DNA of 64,000 nt from Octopus sinensis. Lineage: Eukaryota. A program made the position numbers and the translations under genes. Below, one piece after another: positions 27,850 to 41,431 of this stretch. The DNA lies in contig NC_043001.1 in the NCBI RefSeq assembly GCF_006345805.1, positions 3,224,001 to 3,288,000 on the forward strand, written 5' to 3'. Numbering within the stretch: the first letter of the stretch is position 1; each line of letters opens with the position of its first letter. The notes below the pieces were generated by a model. It did no database searches. It was not told the origin of the DNA and saw nothing but the letters and a program-made list of their open reading frames with translations.

Positions 27850-28410
27850 GTTTTGTCCGGTATAGTGTGTTGATGATTAACATCACTGATAAAGTCCAGA
27901 TCGGCCATATCAGGATTGCTGAAAACAGCAATGTTTCTGCAGTATCTCACTCATGGATTTGTCATTATCTTGGAGATAGACACTTTCATCAGTTAGAGGA
28001 CCAACAGTGGAGACAGTTGCAAGAGAGAAAAACACTTTGGGGTTGAGTTTGATTTTCTCAATGGCTCATTTCTCCTCAGCTGTTTCTTTGTGGATGGTTA
28101 CCAACCAAATCCTCAATGAATTCGATCTTCCGTTTTGTGCATTGAGTAAAAATCTGGAAGCTAGTGTAGTGGCAGGATTTGGCTGTTGTAGGAGACTTTT
28201 TTCTGATTGTGTGTTAGTGACAGGAATGTGGTGGTGGGGGTGCACTGGGGTAATAGCATCGGATAGTATTGAGTGATGGCTAAAAGGTTATTTTCATAAC
28301 TCTGTTGTCAGGTTCAACATGGCTAAAATAGAATTTTCCTGCTTAGGAAGCAGTTTTTGATTGGATGTATGGTTGCACTGTTGGATAGGGTTGTCGTTTC
28401 CGATTTTGTT
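27850..28410 (-). mobile_element. CR1/Jockey-group LINE internal fragment
   Basis: Minus frame EEK*AIEKIKLNPKVFFS...TVGPLTD...DNDKSMSEILQ resembles the EN-RT linker of CR1-group LINEs. Confidence 0.65.
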
Positions 28411-28418
28411 GTATGTTA

Positions 28419-29389
28419 TCTCTCTATATATATAAAACTGAGAATGTGTGTCCCTCTGTCTGTGTGTTTCATTCAAATTTTACACATGCCTTACTTAGGG
28501 TCCATGTAGTTTCATGGGCAAAAAAATGATCAACTTCTTGCATAGAGCGAGCCCATAGCAATATCATATCTTCTCCACTATTTCAGTATTACGTGTTAAA
28601 AGTGAAACAAAAACGTTTCTCTATTTTATGTCAGATACTTTCACTTTAACAATAAAAATAATAATAACAATTCAATTATATGTAGTAAGTAATAATTAAA
28701 ATCAAACTAAAGTAGAATATAATTGTAACATAACAAAAGTAAAAATAGCAATTCGTATAAAATTGCATGAATGACTTGAACTTGAATAAGTGGTTTCACA
28801 TGAATGAGAATAAATTAAAAATAAAATTAGCGTGCAGAAATGGAATAGTCCAGATGGATAATAGAAAATTAAATTAAAGAAAAGACTATTGTCTATAAAG
28901 TATACAATGTAGAGAAAAAAGAAGATTTGAACACATGGAAGAAAGCACCTTCGAAAAGTGTCTTGGTGCGTCTATGAAAGGTATCTAATTAGAGGCGGTA
29001 AATTCGCCACAATAGAAGCAAGGTTCGAGTCAACAGAGCGTGCAAGGGAGTACTCGACTCGAACTTGCAAAGTGGAAATATTTTATCTTTGCCTTTATAA
29101 ATTCCCTCTCGCCTAAACAATAGATGTGGGCTGGATTTTAGCCACACGTCTATACAAGAGGAAGGACAAGATACAATTGATCGAAATTGCAAGAGACGGG
29201 CTTACAATTCCAGTCTGTTATATATTTTGAGTATTGTTATCACTAGCGATATCAAGATATAACTTTGTACTTTGTATTTTATGTGTAGATGTATATATAT
29301 AGATGTACATGTAATATGTACACATATATATACACACATATATACATGCACTAGCACTATGATCCGGCAACGACGGGTCATAATGCTAG
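28419..29389 (+). mobile_element. Non-autonomous Helitron
   Basis: A|TCTCTCTATATATATAAAACTG 5' end; GATCCG-gcaacga-CGGGTC hairpin (29361-29379), then CTAG|T at 29386-29390; no TSD. Confidence 0.8.
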
Positions 29390-29468
29390 TATATATATGG
29401 ATTTCGCAGACAGGAACTGAAAGAAATCGATCGTATAAATATGTATGTATATAGGTAAGTGTATGTGT

Positions 29469-32172
29469 TTTGGTATTGGCAACATGAATGACAATGGCCA
29501 GAGACTACTTGAATTTTGCACATACCATAACCTATGCATCACTAACAATTTCTTTGCCAACAAGACATCCCACAAGGCATTTTGGAGTCATCAAAGATAT
29601 CACCACTGGCATCAGATGGATCTCATCATTACACGAAGACCCTTTCTGAATTCTGTTCAACTGACTCGTAGTTACCACAGCGCGGATTGTGACATAGATC
29701 ATTCACTAATAAGAAGCAGGGTGAGGATTCTGCCTAAAAAGTCCATCACTCCAAGAAAATGGGCCGACCACGCATTAACACTGTCAGAACCTCCGACCCT
29801 ACACTGCGACAATGTTTTGCTGTTTCTATCAAAGTTGCCCTCAGTAGCTACCCATCCTTCTCTGCTGAAAGTAGGTGGAATTATATCAGGGAAGCTTTGT
29901 ATACCACATCAATAGATATTTTCGGCATGAGAGAAAGGTAAAAACCCAGATTTTGTTCAGTGCTGGGCTCTCAGAGCTGGAAACGGTTATCGAAACAAAG
30001 CGTGCAGCTCGTATGTAATGCAAGAGTGATTCTTCTATAAAGTCATTTGAAGAACTCAGAAAGCAAGAAATAAAACCCAACTGGCTGTCAGACGCTGTGC
30101 AAATAGGTATTGGCAGGAAATCTGTCAGACTATCCAGTCAGCTGCTGACAGTGGCGACACCCGTGGGATGTATGCCGGTTTGAAGAAGGCCCTCAGTCCA
30201 TCCACAACCAAGTCAGCCCCTCTGAAATCAACTACTGGGGATCTCATCAAGGACCAAAGCAAGCAAATGGATAGATGGGTGAAGAGAGACCATGGTAGCT
30301 GAGGCTGCAATCGAGGGTGTCAAGATCTTGCCTGTCATGTGTGAACTTGACAGTCTGCCATCTATATCAGAGCTCACCAAGGCTATTGACTCCCTAGCAA
30401 GTAACAAGGATCCGGGAAACGACGGCATCCCCTTAGACATCATCAAAACCGGCAAAAGCACCATCCTGCTTCGGCACATTCATGAGCTTCTGTGTCAGTG
30501 CTGGGTAGAGGGTACAGTCCCTCAGGATATGCGGGGTGCTAACATCATTACGCTTTACAAAAACGGTGACCGTGGTGATTGTAACAATTACCGTGGAATA
30601 TCTCTTCCAAGCACTGTTGGAAAGGCCTCTGCTCGCATTATCCTTCCAGGCTGCAACTGCTTGCTTCTCGAATTTATCCAGAATCGTAATGTGGCTTTAG
30701 AATAAGCAGATCAACTATTGACATATTCTCCATACGCCAACTTCAGGAGAAGTCCAGAGAGCAGAAAATACCATTATATATGGCCTTCGTTGATCTGACA
30801 AAGGCCTTTGACTCGGTAAGCAGAACAGGCCTCTTCACCCTGCTCCAAAAAAATCGGATGTCCACCAAAGCTGCTGAGGATCATCACATCTTTCCATGAT
30901 GATAGGCAAGGCACCATACAGCACAATGGTTCAACATCAGCCGCCTTCCAAATAAAAAATGGGGTAAAGCAAGGTTGTGTCTTTGCTCCTACATTATTTG
31001 GCATCTTCTTCTCGCTGCTGCTGTCACATGCCTTTGAGACATCAGATGATGGAGTGTTTCTGCACAGTAGAAGTAATGGGAAACTGTTCAATCTCTCGCA
31101 TCTGCGTGCCAAAACCAAAATCAGAAGCATTCTGATCGAGGAGATGCTATTTGCTGATGATGCCGCTCTGGTATCACACACAGAAGAAACCCTACAAAGG
31201 CCCATCAACTGTTTTGAGCAAGCATGTGGCAACTTTGGCGTATTTATCAGCCTCAAGAAGACCAACATAATGGGTCAGGCTACAATTACCATCCCAAACA
31301 TACATATTGGAAACCACAGACTACAGGAGGTGGAGAAGTTTACCTATCTTGGCTCTACCGTCACCTACAACCTATCCCTTGATACTGAGCTCAATATACG
31401 CATTGGCAAGGCAGCTTCTGTGATGGGCCAACTCTCCAAACGGGCAGGGGACAACAATAAGCTGATCAAGACCACAAAAATGAAGATTTACCAGGCATGT
31501 GTACTTAGCACTCTACTGTATGGAAGTGAGACTTGGACGCCATACACATCCCATACGACGCCATACGTCGCCTAAATATCTTTCACCTACGCTGCCTCCG
31601 GAAAATCCTTCGCATCAAATGGCAGAATCATGTCCCAAACAAAGATGTCCTCAAGCAAGCAGGAATACCAAGCATGTTTGCACTCCTCACACAAAGACGT
31701 ATGAGATGGCTTCGACATGTTAGCCGTATGAAAGATGGCAGAATCCCCAAGGACATACTCAACGGAGAGCTTGCTAGGGGCACTAGGTCTGTGGAAAAAC
31801 CGTTCTTACGATACAAGGATGTTTGCAAAAGGGACATGAATGCCTGCAACATCAATATTACCAACAGGGAAGCAGTTGCCAGCAACCATGGATATTGGAG
31901 ACATACCGTAAAAGTGGGAACACAAAGGCATGATATAGAGGGAGAGGAGAAATGGAAAGACAAGAAAAGACGTCAACAAGAAAGTATGACATTACAATCA
32001 GCCAGGCAAAGTCTTCGCTACATTTGCGGCACCTGCCAGAGGGAGTGTTTGTCCAGGATAGGACTACACAGCCATAGCAGGAATTGTATTAGGACATGAA
32101 ATGTAAAAGCCGGACTAGATTATTTTATGCGCAACTCCATTGTCTCCCGAGACAAAAAGGATGCCAACAACA
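29469..32172 (+). mobile_element. 5'-truncated, frameshifted RTE-clade LINE (APE C-terminus, RT, C-terminal zinc knuckle, CAA tail)
   Basis: GNMNDNGQRLLEFC; DPGNDGIP; CNNYRGISL; KNGVKQGCVFAP; MLFADDAAL; FTYLGS; YICGTCQRECLSRIGLHSHSRNC; tail gccaacaacaa. Confidence 0.95.
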
Positions 32173-32437
32173 ATATATATGGATTTCGTAGACAGGAACT
32201 GAAACAAATAAATCGTATATATATGTATATATGTAAGTGTATGTGTGTGTCTTTGTGTCTGTGTTTCGCCCTGATCACTGCTTCACAACTGCTGTTCATT
32301 TATTTACAACCGTTAAACTTACTGGTTTCACAAGAACAAACTAATAGAATAAGTACTAGACTTATCAATATAAAAAAGCACTAGGCTGTGTCTCATATTC
32401 TTGTTTGCCCACTCAGTTGTATCTATCAATTTATTTT

Positions 32438-32468
<31 letters not shown>

Positions 32469-32471
32469 CTA

Positions 32472-32545
<74 letters not shown>

Positions 32546-32550
<5 letters not shown>

Positions 32551-33623
32551 ATATATATATATATATATATATAACACCCTAATGGGGGTCTTAACTCCCA
32601 AATTTTAGTCATTTCTTTTATGATCCAAAACTAGGTTAAAAGTACTGAATGGATCTTTATGAAATTTGGAAATTTTATTCTAAGCATAAGGGCCATAACC
32701 CCCATGACAATTCATATATTTTTGCTGTTGATGACATTTTAACCATACATATTAGACACAAATGAAGTAATATTTATAATTTTTCATCTTCTTACAAAGT
32801 TAGAAAAACCCCTCCATGGGGACTTAACACCCACAATTTTGTCATTTTATCTAAGCAAAAACGAATACAGTTGTGCTCTTGGAAGCTGTAGGGTTACCCG
32901 AGCATAAAAGTTGGGCATTATTTCTTATTCAATGGTACAACAGTGTAACAGTTTGCTTTGACATACACTTACATTGTGATTTCTGCAATGTGGTGCATAA
33001 ATTGTTAAGTAAATGAGAAGCATCTTTGTCTCCACTGATTCAGTTGCAAAGTGTTGAGTAAAGTTATTTGATTGCAGACCTCCTTTCAGTCTTTTTATTA
33101 TCACTCGGTCACACATAGTCCCTAGATTGTAATATTGATTACAAGGCCTTCCCAGATGAGTGACTGGTTATTCAAAGACATTTATAGATTTTAAATTTAT
33201 TCTGTCCAGTTACGTATCAGTATAGAGGTCATTTGCAAACTCCAGAGGTGACACTTAAATTTCTCCTTTGCCCTCACGTCACACAGCTGTTAATGTTGAT
33301 TTCGGTTGGGTCACGCCCTTCCAATCGCTATAGATTCGTAATGCATCTTACGGCTGTGCCTGTCACCTGGATGGTGAGGAATCCTACATTGGGAGTGGTA
33401 ACGACTAGGGTAGGGTAACTGACTGCTTATTGTGATAATTCGTCTTTTGGTTTCCATGTGGCACGATAACATTTTTTTTAGGGTGTGTAAAGAGGGAAAT
33501 AACCCTCATCTGCAATTTTGATGAAATTCGAAACATAGATATTCTAGTTCATTCAGAAAATATAACTGAAAAGTCTAATTCTTCAATTGAATGTAACCGG
33601 GCTACGCCGGGTATCTCTGCTAG
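32546..33623 (+). mobile_element. Non-autonomous Helitron (5' end ambiguous within (TCTA)n(TA)n)
   Basis: 3' ACCGGGC-tac-GCCGGGT hairpin (33596-33612), then CTAG|T at 33620-33624; internal ccct...aactccc/acaccc..aatttt.gtcatt subrepeats. Confidence 0.7.
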
Positions 33624-33802
33624 TATATATATATATAAATAGATACAGTTTTACATCCCTATATACGTAAGTGAATACTTATGTTTGTGTGTGTATATGT
33701 ATATATATATATACACACACATATATATATATCTATATATATATATATGTATGTATGTATATATATATATGTATATATATATATGTATATATGTGTATAT
33801 AT

Positions 33803-33834
<32 letters not shown>

Positions 33835-33935
33835 CATATATGTATATATATATATTTATGTATATATATATATATATTATATATGTATATATGTATATAT
33901 ATTTATACATACACATACATATTTGAATACATGCG

Positions 33936-33987
<52 letters not shown>

Positions 33988-34280
33988 TACGCACACAAAA
34001 GCATACAAATTTATAGAATTACATATAGATACATACATATATAATACATATATAATTAAATATTGACATTGCTTACGTCGTCCATCTTTAACCTGGTGAC
34101 TGATACTTAACCTCACCTTGTCACTGCATCTCGACTTATTCTTCTCAACCATTTGTTTGCATCACGGTGAAGTGGACTATTATTAATGAATGGGTTATGT
34201 GTACTTGAAGCAAACGGATTTAAAACGCGTCCATGTTTACCATTATCTCAAACTAATGATAAGAGAGAAGCACGTACAAT

Positions 34281-34954
34281 AGTAGTAGTAATGATGATGA
34301 TGACGACGACAAGGACGACGACGATGATGATGATGATGATGATGACGACGACGATGATGATGATGATGATGATGTTGATGATGATGAAGATGATGATGAT
34401 GATGACGACGACGATGATGATGATGATGATGACGATGACAAGGACGACGACGATGATGATGATGATGATGACGACGACGATGATGATGATGATGATGACG
34501 ATGACAAGGACGACGGCGATGATGATGATGATGATGACGACGATGATGATGATGATGATGATGATGTTGATGATGATGAAGATGATGATGATGATGACGA
34601 CGACGATGATGATGATGATGATGACGATGACAAGGACGACGACGATGATGATGATGATGATGACGACGACGATGATGATGATGATGATGTTGATGATGAT
34701 GAAGATGATGATGATGATGACGACGACGATGATGATGATGATGATGATGATGATAATGACGACGACGATGATGATGATGATGATGACGACGATGATGATG
34801 ATGATGATGATGATGATGTTGATGATGATGAAGATGATGATGATGATGATGATAATGATGATGATGATGATGATGATGATGATGGGGATGATGACGACGA
34901 CGACGACGATGATGATGATGTTGATGATGATGAAGATGATGATGATGATGATGA

Positions 34955-34990
<36 letters not shown>

Positions 34991-35006
34991 TGATGATGAT
35001 GACGAT
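34281..35006. repeat. Compound (GAT)n/(GAC)n array with higher-order units
   Basis: Recurring gttgatgatgatgaag (5x) and gacaaggacgac (4x) interruptions. Confidence 0.95.
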
Positions 35007-35093
35007 AATGGTTTAAAATTTTTATACTAGGCTAGCAGTTTTTAAGGGAAGAGGGAAGCCTATTATGTCGACCTCGTTGTATATGATTGATAT

Positions 35094-35430
35094 GGAGGTG
35101 CAATGGCCCAGTGGTTAGGGCAGCGGACTCGCGGTCGTGGGATCGTGGTTTCGATTTCCAGACCGGTCGTTCTGAGTGTTTATTGAGCGAAGACACTTAA
35201 AGCTCCACGAGGCTCCGGCAGACGAGTGGGTGGCGAACCCTGCTGTACTCTGTCACCACATCTTTCTCGCACTCTTTCTTCCTGTTACTGTTCTACCAGT
35301 ATTTCAAAGGGCCAGCCTCCTCATACACTGTGTCACGCTGAATCTCCCCGAGAACTACGTTAAAGGCACACGTGTCTGTGGAATACTCGGGCACTTGCAC
35401 GTTAATTTCATGAGCAGGTTGTTCCATTCA
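35094..35430 (+). mobile_element. tRNA-derived SINE, second family, 3'-truncated
   Basis: ggaggtgcaatggcccagtggttagggcagcggactcgcggtcgtgggatcgtggtttcgatttcc: tRNA-like A/B boxes. Confidence 0.85.
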
Positions 35431-35992
35431 CTGAATCAATCGATTCGATTCGATTTTTTTTCGTTTCGATTTATTATTATTATTACTAGTATTGTTGTTA
35501 TACATACATACATACATACATACATACATACAAGCATATGTAATGATAACAATAAGTGGATGTAAACACATGAACAAAATAAGAATAAACAAAAACAACA
35601 AAAACAAAAAACAAAATACGAACATATATAAACAGAAGATACAAATATTACAGGCATCCCCCCCACATACACACACTAAATAAACATAGACGCACATAGA
35701 GATATACGCATGCGCAAATGAAGACATACAATAGAAATACAAAATGGCTGACGGTTAGTAAGGAGAGACACAAATAAGAAAGAAGAAAACAAAGGACCAC
35801 TGGTGCGGTCACAGGAGTGTGACGAAAGAACACTGGCCGAAATAAGATTAAGATTAATGTAAAAAATAAATAACACTGAAGCAAAATAACACCAAATATA
35901 TAGTGCGTGTGTTTTTATTGGCTAAACTGGCAATATGACCATTCCGAAATATAACAATATATATATATATATTGTTCTTCTTCTTCTTCTTC

Positions 35993-36033
<41 letters not shown>

Positions 36034-36384
36034 ATTATTATTATTATTTTCTATCAGTAATTGAAAATAAAACAAAGTGAATTGCTTCTTTTCAAGGCCA
36101 AGGTCAGCGCTCTCATTGATCGCGAGTAGTAGTAAACATATTTAAATTCTGATGACCCCCGAGAGGTGTGAAGTCTCTTTTGTCTCCTTATCGCACAGGA
36201 ATGTCCCTTGCTGACCTCCTCACCATCTGCCGAATCTATTTACAGACCTGTAGAATTTGGTCTCTTCAACAAGCTGGTACTCTTCCTCCTACTATTCCCT
36301 TCAACTCTCACATATTTATAATTATCTCAAGTGCAAGACAAAGGTTGAAACTAAACCATTTTTAATAATAATAATAATAATAAC

Positions 36385-36426
<42 letters not shown>

Positions 36427-36430
36427 TATA

Positions 36431-36501
<71 letters not shown>

Positions 36502-36561
36502 TATATATATGCAGATGTTCACATCGTTGAACATTTGAATTTCTGAATTTTATTATTATTA

Positions 36562-36618
<57 letters not shown>

Positions 36619-36719
36619 TATTATTATTATCATTATTAAATCTGCGAGCTGGCAGAATCGTTAGCATGCTGGACGAGATGCTTAGCAGTATTTCGCCCGT
36701 CGCAACGTTCTGAGTTTAA

Positions 36720-37165
36720 GATTTGCTTGTCAGTTGCATGACCTTAACCAGTTGAGCATGTCCCTTAGAGGCTGACGATATGTGCATCTCTGATCACGAC
36801 CAGAAGTAGTGGGGGAGCATCGTAGCCATGTGTTGAGAGGGATTCTTTGGGGTTTGAATAATTCACCTCTGGAAACATGGGTGGTTCGTTAAACATCCTT
36901 AAACAAACCTTTATTCAGGGACCTTTTGAGCGGGATGGGCTACTCAACCAGAAGAAAATTCTAACTGGGCCCCACCTGCAAGATCATGTGCTGTTTATCT
37001 TGATATGAGATCACCATGTCGCGCACATATGGTTGTGATGCATGTGCCTATTGTACCCTTATCAGACGGGTAGTCAGGATGGGTATATTGGGCTTCATAT
37101 ATTTTACCCCAGTGTCACTTTGATGGCATGAACTGCTCTCTCACTCAATAATAATAATAATAATA
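36720..37165 (+). mobile_element. (AAT)n-tailed SINE-like repeat; further copies 40912-41298(-) and 46655-47110(-)
   Basis: Three copies align by eye (gatatgagatcaccatgtcgcgcacatatggttg...ttttaccccagtgtcactttgatggcatg...); each ends at an AAT-rich run. Confidence 0.85.
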
Positions 37166-37399
37166 ATGGTAATAATAATAATAGCAACGACAATAATAAT
37201 AATAATAATCATCTAGCAAAAACTCATGTTGGATTAGAGGAAATATTTACAATGACATAGTAAAATTAATCAAAATGATAGTATCAATGATGATAACAAT
37301 AATAATGAAAGGAAGTGGTTGGTATCTCCCTATGCTCTGATTGATTGTACATCTTGTGATGCTGTCACAATAAAAACACTGATAATTGTGGAACCTGAT

Positions 37400-39330
37400 G
37401 ATTGCTACCTCATATGAGGGACAATGAAAAAGCAAAATATAGTGAATAACGGTGGTAATGAAGCTGAAGCCGTTGGTGGTGACAGTGCTGCACCCGGCAG
37501 GCTCAGAGATACTGGTCCGACTCCAGCCTATCGTTATCCAGCAAGGGATCAGCACACACGGCGTAGATGGAACAAACAAGTCAGTCAATGCTGTGGTCAG
37601 GGAGTGATACTACCTGAGCAACCCTGTAGTTGAAAATCGTGTTCATATTAGCGGATACCAACAACGTATGTATGATCAACGGAAAGAGGATTGTTTCCGC
37701 TCACAGAACAGAGATTATGTGATCAAGTTAGGGCAATATGAAAAAATCGCTGGTACAGAAGTAGTGCTCGAAGCTATCAAAAGACGGGTATTGGAAAACA
37801 GCAGCAGAGGAAAGGATGAAAATACAGTCCCTACTGATAAAACTAATCTCAGAGCAGAAAAAACAGTAGTGAGATCTCTAATAAACCACAGGATATGAAC
37901 AGTGATGGCTTGCTCGATGAGAGACATAAAGAAAACAATAAAACTAATGGTGACATGGCAAATGGGCAAAAGGCAATCTACGAGAGAATAAAGTCAGGTC
38001 TACAGGAGAATGATACCGTCATTATTTGCAACCTTTAAAAGGTTGATCGGTGGAAATTGAACCAAGAAGCGAAAAATGTGAATGAAATTCTGAAATAATT
38101 TGATCAAGGTAGCAAGTATTGTTGTAGCAGAAAATGTGGGTGTCGATGTCAAGAAAAAGAAATGTAATGGGATTGACAAAAGAAAATATCGATGGTGGGA
38201 AAGAAGAATAAAGGCGGGGTTAAATATGCTCTCGAAGGACATTTCTGTGTTAGACATTAAAGAGAAGGGGGAGCTTAAAAGCGAACAGAAATACAAGTCA
38301 CTGAACAGGGAGTATGATATTGAAGGAAAGGGATTTAAAGTGGTAATGGAGGGACTGAAACAGCGCCTCATTACAACGAAAGTAAAGATGGTAGGATTCG
38401 ACCAAAGAATGAAGGGATACCAGCAGACTAGATTATTCAGAGTAGATCAGAAGAGATTCTACAGAGAAATAAATGGAGAATGTACAGATGAAAAGTTGAT
38501 ACCAGATAACATTGAAAGTGAAAGGTTTTCGGGTGAGATCTGGAGCAAAGACAATGAGCACAAGAAGGATGCAGAATGGTTGCAAGAACTGAGACAAACA
38601 GTAGTCTGTCCAAAACAAGCCAAACTAGTCATTTCAATTAAGGAAGTGAAGGAAATCAGCAAAAAGATGGGCAACTAGAAGGCCCAGAGACAAGGCTACT
38701 GGATCGAAAGTTTTAGTGAATGTCATGCACGAATAGCTGCATAACCTAACACGTTGTTAAATGCCGACCAAGAGTGGTTGACAATGGGTAGGAGAGTGCT
38801 GTGCTTGAAAAGCATCGGAAAAGCAATACGGTAAACAATTACAGGCCAATATCCTGCTTACGTGGAAATTATTGACTGAAATAGTCTCAAAACCAATGTA
38901 CGGACATCTGGAAAAAATGGAGTCCTGCCACATGAGCAGAAGGGTTGCAAGCGTAAGTGCAGAGGTACTTTTGGTAGACAAAACTGTACTAAGAGACTGG
39001 ATCGATTATCGTAAGGCGTACGATATGATCCCACATTCTTGGATTATGGAATGTATGAACCTATTTGGTATTGCATCGAATGCTGAGCGATTGCTTGGAA
39101 AATGTATAGCAAAGTAGAGGACGGAACTGACAGCATATGGAAGACGTTTAGGGCCAAAAAAATCAAGAGAGGAATCTTCCAAGAAGACTGCCTGTCCCCA
39201 CTAATCTTTGTACTGTACATGATATTACTAACACTGACTCTGAAGAGAGCAAAGAGCCGCCAACAAAAAGTCAACCACATGTTATTCTTGGATGACCTCA
39301 AAATTTATGTTAGAGATTAATCCCGAGTCA
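37400..39330 (+). mobile_element. Degraded Dong/R4-clade LINE, 5' portion to RT
   Basis: YYLSNP...GYQQRMY; WWERRI; QTRLFRVDQKRFYREING; DYRKAYDMIPHSWI; IKRGIFQEDCLSPLIF; LFLDDLKIY; many stops and frameshifts. Confidence 0.9.
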
Positions 39331-39339
39331 GCTCTCTCG

Positions 39340-40912
<1,573 letters not shown>

Positions 40913-41304
40913 ATTGAGTGAGTGAGAGAGCAGTGCATGCCATCCAAGTGACAATGGGGTAAAATATACGAAGCCCAATATACCCATCCTGACTACCCGT
41001 CTGATAAGGGTACACCATGCACATGCATCACAACCATATGTGCGCGACATAGTCATCTCTTATCAAGATAAACAACGCATGACCTTGCAGGTGGGACCCA
41101 GTTAGAATTTTCTTCTGGTCGAGTAGCCCATCCAGCTCAAAAGGTCCCTGAATAAGGTTTGTTTAAGGATGCTGAACGAACCACCCATGTTTCCAAAGGT
41201 GAATTATCCAAACCCCAAAGAATTCCACTCAACACACGGCTATGATGTTCCCCTACTACTTCTGCTCATGATCAGAGATGCACATATCGCCAGCCACTAG
41301 TATA

Positions 41305-41431
<127 letters not shown>

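Noticed and set aside
36148-36175. CTGATGA-CCCCC-GAGA-GGTGT-GAAG
   Set aside because: Too degenerate to call a hammerhead.
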